Virus record (IMG/VR): IMGVR_UViG_3300044981_000204
Span: 1-64,000 of that record
Length of the DNA: 64,000 nucleotides
Source: a virus
Strand: one strand, 5' to 3'
In this document: positions 35,197 through 46,900 of the stretch, piece after piece
How the letters are laid out: the number at the start of each line of letters is the position of its first letter
Numbering within the stretch: the first letter of the stretch is position 1
The notes under the pieces: generated by a model
What the model was told of the DNA's origin: nothing
The model's database searches: none
The model's input: only the letters and a program-made list of their open reading frames with translations
Made by a program: the position numbers and the translations under genes

Positions 35197-38100
35197 ATGC
35201 CTCTTAATGATTCTTTTTTAGGACAAATTACTGATGCTTTAGTGAATAGGGTTGCGGAACCAAATAAGCTTGAAGATGTTACTGTAAAGATCCGTGAGGT
35301 CGTCTCCAGCCTCCAGCGTTCGGCTACCGTCTTTGACAAGTTCAGCGCTCAGATCTCAAAGGACTTCTCATCGGCAGTAAAAGCAGCTCAACGCGCCCCG
35401 GGGGCCAAGCCCCTCGACTCCCGCGAGATCCACGACGCCTTTAAGAAGTTGGTCGTACCCCTGCGGGACGAGGTCCAACTACTTTCGAGGATGACCAGGG
35501 CCCAGGTGACCCCCGCCACCAACACTAAGCAGAGGGAGTTCGAGCGGTCCGTGAGGGACTCGTTCGTGAGACTGCAAGCAAGGCTTGAGTCGAGGGAGTC
35601 ACGTACCGCCTCTAGGGCCTCCCTTCCAGAGGACGTCAAGTCGATACAGTCGCAGCTCAGGAGGTCCTGGCAAGAACTGCAGAAGTCGACGACCGACCTA
35701 AGTCGCACCACTAAGAAGTCCGCTATTGGTATCGCGGCAGTGGTCGACACCGAGACCACCTATAGGAAGTCCCAGGCGAGGTTGACCAGTTCCATGAAGC
35801 ACCTTGAGAACCAGGTCCTTCAGGTCGGAGTGCAGCTGTTGTCATACAGCAAGAGGACTGGCCAGATCCTCAACGAGAACGTCGCCTCATACCACGGCAT
35901 GCACGAGCTGAACAAGAAGCTCTTGCGTGACTCAGATGTCCTGTACAGTAAGCAGGTTGCAGCGGCGGCAGTCGGGCAGAGGATAGACTGGGGCAAGGTA
36001 AGGGCACTCCTCAACGTGGCGGACTTTGCCGTGGCGCACAACGCGGCATTCGACAAGTCCTTTACCCAGGCAAGGGTTGCTTCCGCAGGGAACATGCCGT
36101 GGTTGGACTCAATGCGGGGTGTGCCCTGGCGTGAGATTGGTCACGCAGGTAGGGCGCTGCAGTCCCTCCTCCCCGCGTATGGTATACGCCCCGGACAAGC
36201 TCACACTGCGTCTGCCGACGTCCAGTCCCTCGTCTCCCTGCTCAAGGCCCGTACCGAGGGAGTGCCGCACATGGCGATGCTCCTCGGGTCGCAGGGACCA
36301 CTGAACCAGTCCCAGCGCCTCCTGTCTGTGGTCGGGGAGCAGGTCAAGTCCCTCCGCGCTGACATCGAGACCAGGCTCGGTAGGGAGAGGTCGCAGTATG
36401 TGCGCAACGCCCAGGGGGACCTCGAGGTTAGGCCAACTGCCAGGGCCCAGTACAGGACCCCCTCCCGGGTGATCGGCGCTGGAAACATATCTTCTCAGAT
36501 CATTGAAGCCATAGAGGGTGGCATAGAGGCAAGGGCGAGGAGGCCTGCTCGCTCCACAGACTACGGAACCAAGTTCGGTTCGGGCGAGGCGCCGGAGTCA
36601 ACTCCCGGGCTGGTTGGTACCGCCGCCATCGGCCTAGACCGGCACATCGGGACTATCAACACCTTCCTGCGCAACATGGCCATTTTGTCCGGCCCAGCCG
36701 CATCTGAGAAGCTCCTGTCGGTCATCACAGAGCAGCAGAGCTTCCAGGAGGGCGTGCAGGCCCACAGGGGCAGGGGCCTACAGACCAAGGCCAACATCCG
36801 CACCGCAGAGGGCCTCCAGCTCGCGATGATGTCGGGCGTGAACACGCGCCTTGAGAACGAGCGACTCGGCGTCCCGAAGAACTTCCAGGACCCGTTCGAG
36901 CAGTCGGACAGGAGGATGGCGCTGCGCAGGGAGCAGTTTGCGGCTCAGCTGGCCTCACAGCCGTGGGCAAGGCCCACCAGGGCTTTCGGCGAGGGCGAGG
37001 TCGCCGAGTTCGTTGGCAGGTTCGGCGGAACAACCCCCTGGCCCCCTGGCACAGGCCACCGGGGCATCATCAGCAGCGCAGCGCAGATGGCAACCTCCGT
37101 GGGCCCTGGGCACCCCCACTTCGACGCCTTGACCGGTATCATCACGAGGGGGCAGATGCGCGGGCGTGCGGCCAACTTCGCCCAGGCCGAGGCCGAAAAG
37201 CAAAGGGCGGTGGAGCTATTGGCCGGGGGCGTACCTCCCGCGGGCGGGTCCAGGTTCGGGAGGTTCGCCAAGGAGCTGTTGAGCGGTGAGGAGGGGTCGA
37301 TCAACCTTACTCGCATTGGTGAGCTCCTTGGTAGGTTCAAGAGGCAGAGGGGGCAGGCCGCGCGAGCTGAGTCGGCCATGGGCTATGGTGATCGAGCCAG
37401 GGGCGATATCCCCTACCCCACGGACCTGCGGGCGCAGCTGCGCCGCGACGTCCTCGACTCCAAGCTCAAGAAGCTGGCCGACGGCGCCGAGGGTGCTGCC
37501 AAGGCACTCAAGCAGTTCGAGGCGGCGGCGGGTGGCAAGGCCAAGGAGGCGATCGGCAGGGGGGCGCTGAGGGACCAAGGCATATCCAGCGCGCTGACGG
37601 ATAAGCAGGCCTCCTTGGACGCTAAGGTCGCCGCCATCTCTGAGCGGAGGGCCAGGTCCCAAGCGGCCTCCATGAGGCGCGAGAACGACGTCAGGGAGGC
37701 GTCCACAGCCAAGTACACCAACCTGGCCAAGGCCGAGCTGAGGGCGTCAGAGTCGTACGATGCTGCGCTGGCCAGGCAGGACAGACTGAGGGCCCGACTT
37801 GGTTCCTCCAAAGCCTACCAGAACATTACTCCAGAAGAGAAGAACAGGATGCTGGAGTCGGTGGTCAGGCCGTCGCTGATGAGGCTGACGAGGGCCAGGT
37901 ATGAGGCAACGGCCTCAGAAGTCACCGATCCTGAGCAGCTGGCGAAGTTGAGGTCGTCCGTGGCGGCTAGGGCCGCCATACAGAGGTTTGGGTCGGGGTC
38001 GGGCGAGGCAACCTACCAGGGGCGGGTGAGGCCCCTTGAGGAGCTCCGCAAGGAGTACAGGGACCGGGTCGCCCAGTCCCTCGGCGGCAGGACGGTCGCC

Positions 38101-41100
38101 CAGGCGGAGGCCGAGAAGGTTGGCAGGATCAGGGAGGAACAGGCCCTCAAGCAAAAGGCCTACGATGAGCAGGAGGTCGGCGTTGCGCAGAAGAGGGCCT
38201 CGGCGGAGGAGGGGGCATCCAGGAAGAGGTCCGAGAACGCCCAGAAGGTGAATGCAACCGTTGGCCGGCTCGAGGAGCAGGTAAACCAGCGCAGGGAGAA
38301 ATCTCAGAAGAAGCAAGTCGATGCTGAGGAGAAGATCCACCAGCTGAAGGTGGCGCACCTGAAGAGGGAGGATATCGCTTCTGGAGGAGGCGGGGGAGGG
38401 GGTGCTGGTGGGGCTGGGGGAAGGGGCCAGTTCGCGAGCCGCACAGGGATGGGGATGGGGCTCGGGTTTGCTGCATTTGCTGGGGCGTCGAAGGGCTTGT
38501 GGGACCTGGTGAAGGCCGCGACTGAATATTCCGCTAGGACTGAGGTGATGGCCTTTACGACCGCCAACATGGCGAAGGTTAACAAGCTAAACGTCGACGA
38601 GGTGAATGCAGAAGTTGAGGCAATCAAGAACCTCAACCTGACCACGCAGGCTGCACACACCACTGTCCAGAAGATGATGTTTGCGCAGTTGGACCTTGCC
38701 AAGGCCTCTAAGTTGGCGAGGGTCGCGCAGGACGTCGCGGTCATGGGAGGCATCGACCCGTCCGAGGCGCTGGAGAAGTTGATACGCGGTGTCACGACGG
38801 GGTACACCATACAGCTGCACAGGATGGGTTTGCTGATTAGCCAGATCCAAACCATCAGGGAACTCAAGATAGAGAAGCGGGCTAAGGGAGAAGCGGGTGA
38901 GCCGACCGAAGTTGAGAAGCGCCAAGCCCTGATGAACAAGGTGCTCATCGAGGGCGCTAAACTAACTGGGGCGTATGAGAAGTCGATGCTGTTGGTTGGC
39001 GGCAGGTTTGCGTACCTCTCGAAGGAAGTCCAAGAGGCCAAGAACGCGCTCGGTTCTGCATTCTTGCCGACGTTCAACAAGTTCGTCACCATGGTCACCG
39101 GGGGTGCTAGGTTCGTGCAGCAGCACGGTGACGCGGTCGCGGCGCTGACTAAGCAGCTGATGTCCCTTGGGGCTGCCGCAGGGACCATCGGCACCCTGGC
39201 CTTCTTCAGGTGGCTGATGATGTCCGGCAGCGTGCCGATATGGGCCAAGGTCGCTGGCGGGGTGGTGTACGCGCTGACCAACATCGGGTTGAGCGCCAAC
39301 GCGTCGTCCGAGGCGATGAAGAACGCCAAGGATCAGATGGATGCCCTCGAGAAGAAGATCAAGGAGCTGAGGGAGGAGCGCAAGGCCTTGTTCAAGGCCC
39401 CCGAAAAGGGAAGTGAGTGGCAGTCGCAGGTCGATGCCAACTATCAGGCGTTGAAGTCGGCGTCGGAGATGGAGGTCGACATAGTCAAGGACACCACCCG
39501 GAAATTGGCCGCGGAGTGGCAGAAGCAGGTCAATGACAAGAAGAATGCTGTCTCCGCTTTGGCGAACGAGGACCTCTTTAGGCAAGGTTTCGGGCTTCCC
39601 CCCTCTCAGAAACCGATCAAGGACGTGCGTAAGCAGATTGAGGCCATGGATGATGACTACTTCACAGTTAGGGGCATGTCGAAGAAGGACGTCTTGGCCG
39701 AGTTCGACCGCCAGCAGCGGGAGAAGGAGCGCCTGAAGCAGCCAGGGGCTGCTCAGATAGTTAACAAGGAGAATGAAAAGGCTGACAGAATTAAGTCGGA
39801 CCTACTCGAGCTCGAGACAGAATTAACGAAGCTCGACTTGGCGCAGTCGGAGCGCGGTCGAGCTGGCCTTAAGGCTCGCAAGGCCTTCGGCACCCCCAGG
39901 GAGAAGATACAGCTCGATTATGAGTTCGAGATTGCGAAGATAAAGGACCGAGACAAGGAGATCAGGAAACTCCAAGAGGACGCAGCTAAGGGGGACGTTA
40001 GTGCGCAGGCCGTGCTTGAGCGCGTTTATTCTGGCACCCCCGGGGGAAAGGAGGGGGTTGAAGCGTCGCTTGCTAAGCAGGGGATTGCCGTAGATGAGGC
40101 GGCCAAGAACAGGGACATCGAGCTTGGGAAGCTTACAGCTCAGACCAACGCGCACATCAAACAGATCCAGTCGCAGACGGCCATCGAGAGGATCCTTGGA
40201 CAGGTGGTGCAGGGGAACTACACCTCGGAGCAGAATGCTGTTGAGCAGGTCTTCAACGCCCGCAAGAAGTTGCTTGACTCTATCAAGGAAACGATCGGGG
40301 TCGACGAGTACAGGAAGCAGTTGGAGGAGGCGGAAGCTGAGCGTGCCAAGTCCTTGTTGGATGTTGAGAAGAGGCGTCGGGATGCGAACAGGGAAAGGAC
40401 CCTGGACGAGGCGAAGTATCCAGCGGATCGTGGGGCGCAGGACATCATGGAGGGGCCGAGGTCGGCCGAGGTAGCTACACACCTTGCATTCGACCTGAAG
40501 CGACAAGCAGCTGCGCTCGACCTGGACGAGGAGCGCAGGATAGATAGGATCATCGAGCTGAACCGCGAGGAGGACGAGGCAATCAAGCAGCTGGGGCGCG
40601 ACAAGGCAAAGATGAATGCCGAGTCGAGGATCGATGAGTTCAAGAACCTGCAGCAACTGCAGTCAGAAGTGGACCGCATCGTGTATGGTCGAGGGAAGGG
40701 CTCGGACACCCAGGAGGCGATGGCCGAGATTGAGAGGAACAGGCTCAGGGCTTGGGCTGCTGCTTCCTTTGAGTTCACCCAAAGGATGGGTTTGCCACAC
40801 ACAGCTATACAAGGAGCTGATTTAGCGGAGTCGAGGGTTGCAGCTGAGCGTGCGGCAGATGTTCAAGCGACAGTGGACACCGTCAAGCGCCTCGAGCAGC
40901 ACGAGGAGTCCTCCCGCTCCAAGCTCCAGGACACCTACCAGCGACAGCTGCAGCAGGCGTCGCGCGTAGGTGAGCTGCAGGCGGTGAACATTGCCGACCA
41001 AGACGCGGCCGCCCACCGCGCCTACCTGATGCGGCTGGAGTTCATCAAGAAGGAGTTCGAGGCCAGCAAGCAAGCTGTCGAGGACGTCCACAAGCGCGAC

Positions 41101-42579
41101 CTCGAGCTCCAGCAGGCGGAGTTCGACGAGTGGCAGCGGCTGCAGGAGCAGAAGAAGCAGAAGCTGGAGGAGCTGCGCGGGTTCTCGGGCAACATCTTCG
41201 ACATCGTCACCTCGAGGACCCCTGACAGGGCGCGGCAGGCCAGGGACTATGCCATCGGGCTGGGCAAGGGCGTGGGGCGGACGGTGTTCCAGAACCTTTC
41301 TGTTGAGACGTTTAAGAACGTGGGCGGTATGCTGGGGAACGTGATACCCCAAGGCACGCAAGGTCACCCGAACTTCATCGCTAAGCTACTCGGCGGTACT
41401 CCGTTCGCTAAGCAGTACGACCCACAAGCTCAGCTGGCGAAGGCCACGATAGATAGTACTTCTGCTGAACAGGACCTGACGAAGGCCATTCAGAGCTTGG
41501 ATGAGGCGGTGAGGAGCGTGGGTGGGCTTCCTGGAGGAGTCCCAGGATCGGGATCGACCGGTTCGGGCCTATCGTTCGTTCCCGGCGTTGGGACGTTCAT
41601 GAACGCAATCAGCGCTGGAGGAGGTGTGCCGGCCATGTCTGCAGTTCCGGGGTTGGGATCCTTTATGTCTGTCGCATCTACAGCGGGTTCCTTGGCCAGG
41701 GTACTGCAGGGTTCTGGCGGTAGTGGGTCGACTTCCGGCTTATCGCTTGTTCCAGGAATCGGCACATTGATGGACTTAGCTAGCTCAGGGACTAGCTCTG
41801 GAGGGGGAGCTCCGGCTGATGCAATAGTTTCTTCCGGCATATTGGGGAATAAGGGTGGTGGAATGGGTAAGGTCGCCGGCATAGGGATGGCGGCAGGCGG
41901 GGCCTACCAGGCGATCACCGGATTTAAGAAGGGTGGGGTTGGGGGCATATCTAGCGGCATAGGAGGAGTACTATCTTCGGCGGCAGGAATAACGGCCATG
42001 ATACCCGGGGCCCAGATAGCTGCGCCATTCCTCATGGCGGGATCCATGATAGCGGACTTCATAGGGTCCATGTTCGGCAACTCAAGGGAGCAAAGGGCCA
42101 TCGACATACAGAAATACTCCGACCAGAGCAAGTACATCGCCCCCGTGCAGATAAATAGGGAGATGAGCGCCAGCGGCGACTTGCTCAGCTACAACAAGTA
42201 CGGGATGGCCCGCGACTCGGGCATAGGGGCGTTCCCGATACCGATCTCTCCTACGCAGTACGGCAGGACGCCGTCTAAGACGTGGGCGAACCCGAACATT
42301 CCAGAGTACTACACGATCCCGGGTCAGGTTGTTCCTCCCTCCTCGTCGGCACCCGGCGGGGTGGGGTCCTCCTACATCTCCCCCGGGCAGGTGCCGTCGA
42401 CCGTAACGGCGCCAAGTGGTGGAGGGGGCCACACCACCATCATAAACATCCCGGTCCACGCCATCGACGCAAAAGACATCATGTCTCGGTCCGCCGTCTT
42501 TGCTCAGGCCATAAACAAGGAGCTCAAGAGTGGATCAGATCTTGCCATAGGAATTACCCAGGCGGTATTCGGGGCATAG
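35197..42579 (+). CDS. Tape measure protein (2460 aa) with embedded DEDDh 3'-5' exonuclease domain
   Basis: Long helical Ala/Glu/Arg-rich ORF after the chaperone, with a Gly-rich C-terminus; VVDTETT, AHNAAFD and AHTASAD motifs. Confidence 0.9.
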   Translation: MPLNDSFLGQITDALVNRVAEPNKLEDVTVKIREVVSSLQRSATVFDKFSAQISKDFSSAVKAAQRAPGAKPLDSREIHDAFKKLVVPLRDEVQLLSRMTRAQVTPATNTKQREFERSVRDSFVRLQARLESRESRTASRASLPEDVKSIQSQLRRSWQELQKSTTDLSRTTKKSAIGIAAVVDTETTYRKSQARLTSSMKHLENQVLQVGVQLLSYSKRTGQILNENVASYHGMHELNKKLLRDSDVLYSKQVAAAAVGQRIDWGKVRALLNVADFAVAHNAAFDKSFTQARVASAGNMPWLDSMRGVPWREIGHAGRALQSLLPAYGIRPGQAHTASADVQSLVSLLKARTEGVPHMAMLLGSQGPLNQSQRLLSVVGEQVKSLRADIETRLGRERSQYVRNAQGDLEVRPTARAQYRTPSRVIGAGNISSQIIEAIEGGIEARARRPARSTDYGTKFGSGEAPESTPGLVGTAAIGLDRHIGTINTFLRNMAILSGPAASEKLLSVITEQQSFQEGVQAHRGRGLQTKANIRTAEGLQLAMMSGVNTRLENERLGVPKNFQDPFEQSDRRMALRREQFAAQLASQPWARPTRAFGEGEVAEFVGRFGGTTPWPPGTGHRGIISSAAQMATSVGPGHPHFDALTGIITRGQMRGRAANFAQAEAEKQRAVELLAGGVPPAGGSRFGRFAKELLSGEEGSINLTRIGELLGRFKRQRGQAARAESAMGYGDRARGDIPYPTDLRAQLRRDVLDSKLKKLADGAEGAAKALKQFEAAAGGKAKEAIGRGALRDQGISSALTDKQASLDAKVAAISERRARSQAASMRRENDVREASTAKYTNLAKAELRASESYDAALARQDRLRARLGSSKAYQNITPEEKNRMLESVVRPSLMRLTRARYEATASEVTDPEQLAKLRSSVAARAAIQRFGSGSGEATYQGRVRPLEELRKEYRDRVAQSLGGRTVAQAEAEKVGRIREEQALKQKAYDEQEVGVAQKRASAEEGASRKRSENAQKVNATVGRLEEQVNQRREKSQKKQVDAEEKIHQLKVAHLKREDIASGGGGGGGAGGAGGRGQFASRTGMGMGLGFAAFAGASKGLWDLVKAATEYSARTEVMAFTTANMAKVNKLNVDEVNAEVEAIKNLNLTTQAAHTTVQKMMFAQLDLAKASKLARVAQDVAVMGGIDPSEALEKLIRGVTTGYTIQLHRMGLLISQIQTIRELKIEKRAKGEAGEPTEVEKRQALMNKVLIEGAKLTGAYEKSMLLVGGRFAYLSKEVQEAKNALGSAFLPTFNKFVTMVTGGARFVQQHGDAVAALTKQLMSLGAAAGTIGTLAFFRWLMMSGSVPIWAKVAGGVVYALTNIGLSANASSEAMKNAKDQMDALEKKIKELREERKALFKAPEKGSEWQSQVDANYQALKSASEMEVDIVKDTTRKLAAEWQKQVNDKKNAVSALANEDLFRQGFGLPPSQKPIKDVRKQIEAMDDDYFTVRGMSKKDVLAEFDRQQREKERLKQPGAAQIVNKENEKADRIKSDLLELETELTKLDLAQSERGRAGLKARKAFGTPREKIQLDYEFEIAKIKDRDKEIRKLQEDAAKGDVSAQAVLERVYSGTPGGKEGVEASLAKQGIAVDEAAKNRDIELGKLTAQTNAHIKQIQSQTAIERILGQVVQGNYTSEQNAVEQVFNARKKLLDSIKETIGVDEYRKQLEEAEAERAKSLLDVEKRRRDANRERTLDEAKYPADRGAQDIMEGPRSAEVATHLAFDLKRQAAALDLDEERRIDRIIELNREEDEAIKQLGRDKAKMNAESRIDEFKNLQQLQSEVDRIVYGRGKGSDTQEAMAEIERNRLRAWAAASFEFTQRMGLPHTAIQGADLAESRVAAERAADVQATVDTVKRLEQHEESSRSKLQDTYQRQLQQASRVGELQAVNIADQDAAAHRAYLMRLEFIKKEFEASKQAVEDVHKRDLELQQAEFDEWQRLQEQKKQKLEELRGFSGNIFDIVTSRTPDRARQARDYAIGLGKGVGRTVFQNLSVETFKNVGGMLGNVIPQGTQGHPNFIAKLLGGTPFAKQYDPQAQLAKATIDSTSAEQDLTKAIQSLDEAVRSVGGLPGGVPGSGSTGSGLSFVPGVGTFMNAISAGGGVPAMSAVPGLGSFMSVASTAGSLARVLQGSGGSGSTSGLSLVPGIGTLMDLASSGTSSGGGAPADAIVSSGILGNKGGGMGKVAGIGMAAGGAYQAITGFKKGGVGGISSGIGGVLSSAAGITAMIPGAQIAAPFLMAGSMIADFIGSMFGNSREQRAIDIQKYSDQSKYIAPVQINREMSASGDLLSYNKYGMARDSGIGAFPIPISPTQYGRTPSKTWANPNIPEYYTIPGQVVPPSSSAPGGVGSSYISPGQVPSTVTAPSGGGGHTTIINIPVHAIDAKDIMSRSAVFAQAINKELKSGSDLAIGITQAVFGA

Positions 42580-42580
42580 C

Positions 42581-42985
42581 ATGCCAACCTTTCCAACCCT
42601 ATCTTCCGGATCCATGGTCGTGGCACCATCCCTGTCCGGCCAAGCGATCGCCATGTACCCCGCGACCCTTAGGAGCTCGTTCGTCACGAGGGTAATCAAG
42701 TTCGTCAACGACACGGAGCAGCGGTGGGTTGTGAGGGGTAGGTTGTTCTCGGCCGTGTTACAGTTACACGACCTCAATGGGTACGACACAAGCCTATTGG
42801 TGAACTTCTTCAACACGATGAGGGGTGAGTATGTCGATGCGGCGCTGACCAATGTTTTCGACATCACCATCGACGGCGTTCAGTACTTCTGGTGCGTCTT
42901 CGACCAAGACGTTTTGCAGGTGCAGGAGGAGCCAGGCCTCAAGTATTCTTTCCAAATGGCGATCAGGCAATTGAGGCCCAACTAG
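42581..42985 (+). CDS. Distal tail protein-like (DUF2460-like)
   Basis: MPTFP-L, EQRW and FF--MRG motifs; follows the tape measure gene. Confidence 0.65.
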   Translation: MPTFPTLSSGSMVVAPSLSGQAIAMYPATLRSSFVTRVIKFVNDTEQRWVVRGRLFSAVLQLHDLNGYDTSLLVNFFNTMRGEYVDAALTNVFDITIDGVQYFWCVFDQDVLQVQEEPGLKYSFQMAIRQLRPN

Positions 42986-42987
42986 TC

Positions 42988-43845
42988 ATGCCAACATATT
43001 TTCCTCAAATAAACAGCAATCTTATAATGACCCAGCTCCCGTACTCGACTGATCAGGGGTTTGGCACGATAGTCCAGGACGTGGAGAGTGGTCCGAGGTT
43101 CACGTACCCCATGAGGGGTGCTGGCCACTCCGGGTTTCCCACGGGGCCGCTTGGCAGGTTCAACTTGAATTTTCCGAACATAACGGACGCTGAGGTATCG
43201 ACGCTTAAGGCGTTCCACGCCTCCATGAGTGGGCGGTGGGGGGCGTTCAGGTTCCTTGACCCGGGAGGCAACTTGCTGCAGTACAGCGAGGACTTCACAC
43301 AGACATATTGGGACAAATCCAACGGGCCAGTAACCGTTGGCGGCTTGGTTGCTGATCCGCTTGGCGGAGGACAGTGCTACTCACTAACGTCTGGAGCTAG
43401 CATATCAGCTGTGCTTGGGCAAGTTGGGCCTGCCGACGGTGGGATGTCCGGGTTCATCATGTGCGTTTCGGCCTGGATACAGGTTCAGGACCCAAATCAG
43501 CTCATATTCATTGGCTTCGCGAATTCGTCGTTCGTGCTGAGGGGGGAGTACTACCGACCTACCCAGGGGGTTTGGGTGAGGATCAAGCACACGGAGGTTT
43601 TGTGGGACAACAACGCGTTCAGGGCTATCATAGGAGGGGCGCAGTCAACGTTCCAGGGAGGTAGGCAGATGTATGTCTTCGGCGCCCAGGTGGTTCCAAT
43701 GAAGGGGGAAGGAGCAAGGGTGGCGGCGCCTAGTCGCTGGGGTTATCACGCCAATTGTCGATTTGACGTGGACATGTTCGAGAGACAGGTTGGGGGACCA
43801 AATCAGAACACTCTGTCGCTTCCGGTAGTGGAGTTCAATGTTTAG
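42988..43845 (+). CDS. Second Dit-like protein with inserted carbohydrate-binding-like domain
   Basis: F--M-GRWGAFRFLDP, then an NLLQYSEDF insertion, then CRFD. Confidence 0.65.
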   Translation: MPTYFPQINSNLIMTQLPYSTDQGFGTIVQDVESGPRFTYPMRGAGHSGFPTGPLGRFNLNFPNITDAEVSTLKAFHASMSGRWGAFRFLDPGGNLLQYSEDFTQTYWDKSNGPVTVGGLVADPLGGGQCYSLTSGASISAVLGQVGPADGGMSGFIMCVSAWIQVQDPNQLIFIGFANSSFVLRGEYYRPTQGVWVRIKHTEVLWDNNAFRAIIGGAQSTFQGGRQMYVFGAQVVPMKGEGARVAAPSRWGYHANCRFDVDMFERQVGGPNQNTLSLPVVEFNV

Positions 43846-43901
43846 GCTTCCTGAGCGAGGGGTCTGGTTCCGTGCCATAATGATAAAGGAAATCACTTAA
43901 G

Positions 43902-46900
43902 ATGGCTTCAATCGGATCTATTCTTACCGCAAAAGAGCAATCTCAGACCTATCGTCCTCTTCTCCTATGTGAATTTACGTTCAAATCAGGCCGCATCCTT
44001 CGCGTGTCTACAGATCCTCTCTCTTCAACTTACTATGGGACTCCTACAGCCGGTACATATGAGTTCCAAGGAGCCCCTTGGTATCCACGTGTTTTGAATC
44101 AGGACATTGGTGCCACGCAAAGTATGAGTGATGTGGGAATTGATACTGTTCCAACTGTCACTATCGTGTTGGATGATCCTGACAAAAATTTGTACTTGAA
44201 CTGGGAGCAGAATGAGGGGTTTAAGGGGAGCACGCTTCGGCTCTATAGTACGATGTGGGACCCCACGAACAGGGCAACCGGTTCTTTCTCCAGTGATGGT
44301 TTGACCTTGATCAAATTTATCGGGATTTGCAGCAGTCCAAGCATGGACGATCGAACGTTGACCGTTTCCGTGACTTCACTGCTTAATATGACGCAATCCC
44401 AAATGCCGGCCCTGCGCATACAACCTCTCTGCTCGTGGACGTTTGCAGGAACTCCTGCGAATCAGATCGATGGTCAGAGCGATGATTCTAGTCCGTTTTT
44501 CCAATGTGGTTATGGGTACGGTGTTGGTGGGCCCGGAAATCCTTCTTCTGGTACAGCGGCATTTACCTTTTGCACGTACGATTTTGACGCTTGCATATCT
44601 AGGCTTGGTAACGCCGGCGCGCCCATACCTATTCTGCAGGATCAGTTTGGCAATCATACTGGTAGGTTCGGAGGGTTTAGGTTCGTGCCGAGCTTGAATG
44701 TTGGGCTCCAAAGACCCTATGTTTCAGGTAAATGGGAACAGATCATAAACGTAAACGCCAATGACACCAAGTATGGCGACGCGGTGCCGTTGGCCTATGG
44801 AACGACTTGGGTTACGCCTCCGGTCATGGGAGTATGGGGCGATGGCAACTACACGGGCATAGAGGTCCTACTCTCATTTGGCCAGATAAATCGCGTTAAG
44901 AAGGTGGTCGTGAACGGGCACGAGGTCGCCCAGATCGCGGACGAGTTCTCCACGCAGCCGAACAACTACCTTCCCAGCGACGCTACGGTGTCTGACTTCA
45001 AGAACGGCTTCTGGAAGACCGTCAACAATGGCCAGCGAAACGGCACCCCTAGTCCGCAACCGGGCTGGCAGAGCCTTGGGGATCCGTATGGCAGCACGTG
45101 CGCGATCTACATAGAGGTCCTTCGGCAAATAGCTTCAGAAGGGTCCCTTCCACAGGTTCAGGTGCTTGTGGAGGGCCAGCAGCTTCGGGTCTATACGAAC
45201 CCTACGACGTTCACTAAGATCTTTACGCAGAATCCTGCCTGGATCCTCTTGGACGTGCTGACGTGGGCCACGTGGCGCTACCAGGACATCGACCTCCAAT
45301 CGTTCATAGATGCTGCGCAAATCTGTGATCAGCAAATAAACTTCTTTAGGATGGACGGGATTTTCTCAAACGTTTATTCCGACTCTGGAAACCCTCCGTA
45401 TGCCAAGTACTCCGTGGGTTTTTGTATTCAGCAAAGGACCTCCATAGGGGAACTAGTCCGTGGGTTGCGCAACGCCATGAAGGCGATGTTGTTCTTCGAC
45501 TACCAATCTGGTAAGTTGAAGCTGGTCATCAAGCAGACAATAGCGTCACAGCAGCCCAATCCTATCCCCGGCTCTAACTTCAACACCCCTGTTCCATCTG
45601 TGACCGTGGCGGGCGTCTCTCAGACTGGCTATGTGGCATATAGTTTTGACGCAAGCAACATTACTAAGTCGGACGACGGTCGCCTTTCCCTGAATATCAG
45701 GCAACTGACGAACCAGGACGCTGCGAGCAAGGCGTCAGTTACGTTCCAGAACCGCGAGAACTCGTTCTCACAAGATAGCGCGACCATAGTCGACACTGAA
45801 GATGTTGCTAGGCTTGGGTTCGAGGTTGCGTCCGGCAACTTCACGGTGGTGGGACCTCAAACCTTCGACCACGTTAGACGGGTGGTTCTGACGTGGATGG
45901 CTGAGAACTACAGGGGAAATGCTCGGTTGGACTATACCGGATCTGCCATAGGTGATACTGGCGGCACGTTGATCGCTGAACTAGAGACCACAGTGAAAGC
46001 GATCCATCTTGTGGTTGGTCACATAGTGATGTTGTCCGACCTCCAGCATGGGTTGGTGAACCAGCCATTTCGCATCATTAAGGTGCAACCGTCTGTCAAC
46101 TTTGAAACGTGCAAGGTCACGATGACGTTTCACAACGACAATTGGTTTCAAGATTCATATGGTCAGGCAAACCAGCCCAAGTACTCCCGAGTCCAGACCC
46201 TGGTCACCAGACCCCCGTTTGCCTTGCGTCCCGGCATAGAGCAGCCAATAGTTGGTGACGCATACTATGGCAGGACGGACCTTGGGTTCGGGGTGCAGGA
46301 GTCGTTCACCGTAGCGGCTGACAAGAGCGTGATCGCGCAGGTTCTTGTGACCACGAAGGTCCCCGTGAACTCATTCCCAACCGCACCCGGGCGACCCAAG
46401 TTGGAGCTGGCGGGAGCGCAGGCAAGTGGTGGCGGCTACCCGCCAAGCACCACGTATTATGCGGCCTTATCAGCACTGCAGGGGGTCGGGACGTCGTCGC
46501 TAATGTCGGCGCTTTCCGACCCTGTTCCGATCACCCTCGACGGGTCCCACGGGGCCCTGAGCTTCAGCGTGCAGCACTGGCCGGACAACCCATCCGGGTA
46601 CTTCGCGTTCGCGGGGGACGACCCGTTCGACATGTCGTACCAAGCCCAATCGACCGCTAACCCCTCGTCAGTGGTGCTGACCAACAACTACAACAAAGCG
46701 TCGTGGGGACCTCCAGATGAGGCCGCGTCCAATTTTAGGTGGGAGATATTTCGCATTCGACACTCGGGAGTTTGGGGTGCCTCGGTCTTAGCAGTGTCCT
46801 CAACCACCATCCAGGTACCGGTTTTCCCGGGGTGGGGCTTCTTGAGCAACCAGTGGGCGGGTAGGGTGTTGTCTGTGCTCGGGATAGCTACAACGGACGC

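Noticed and set aside
35388-42459. Numerous long antisense and alternate-frame ORFs over the tape measure and other genes
   Set aside because: Expected shadow ORFs of GC-rich coding DNA, with no start signals or recognisable motifs.
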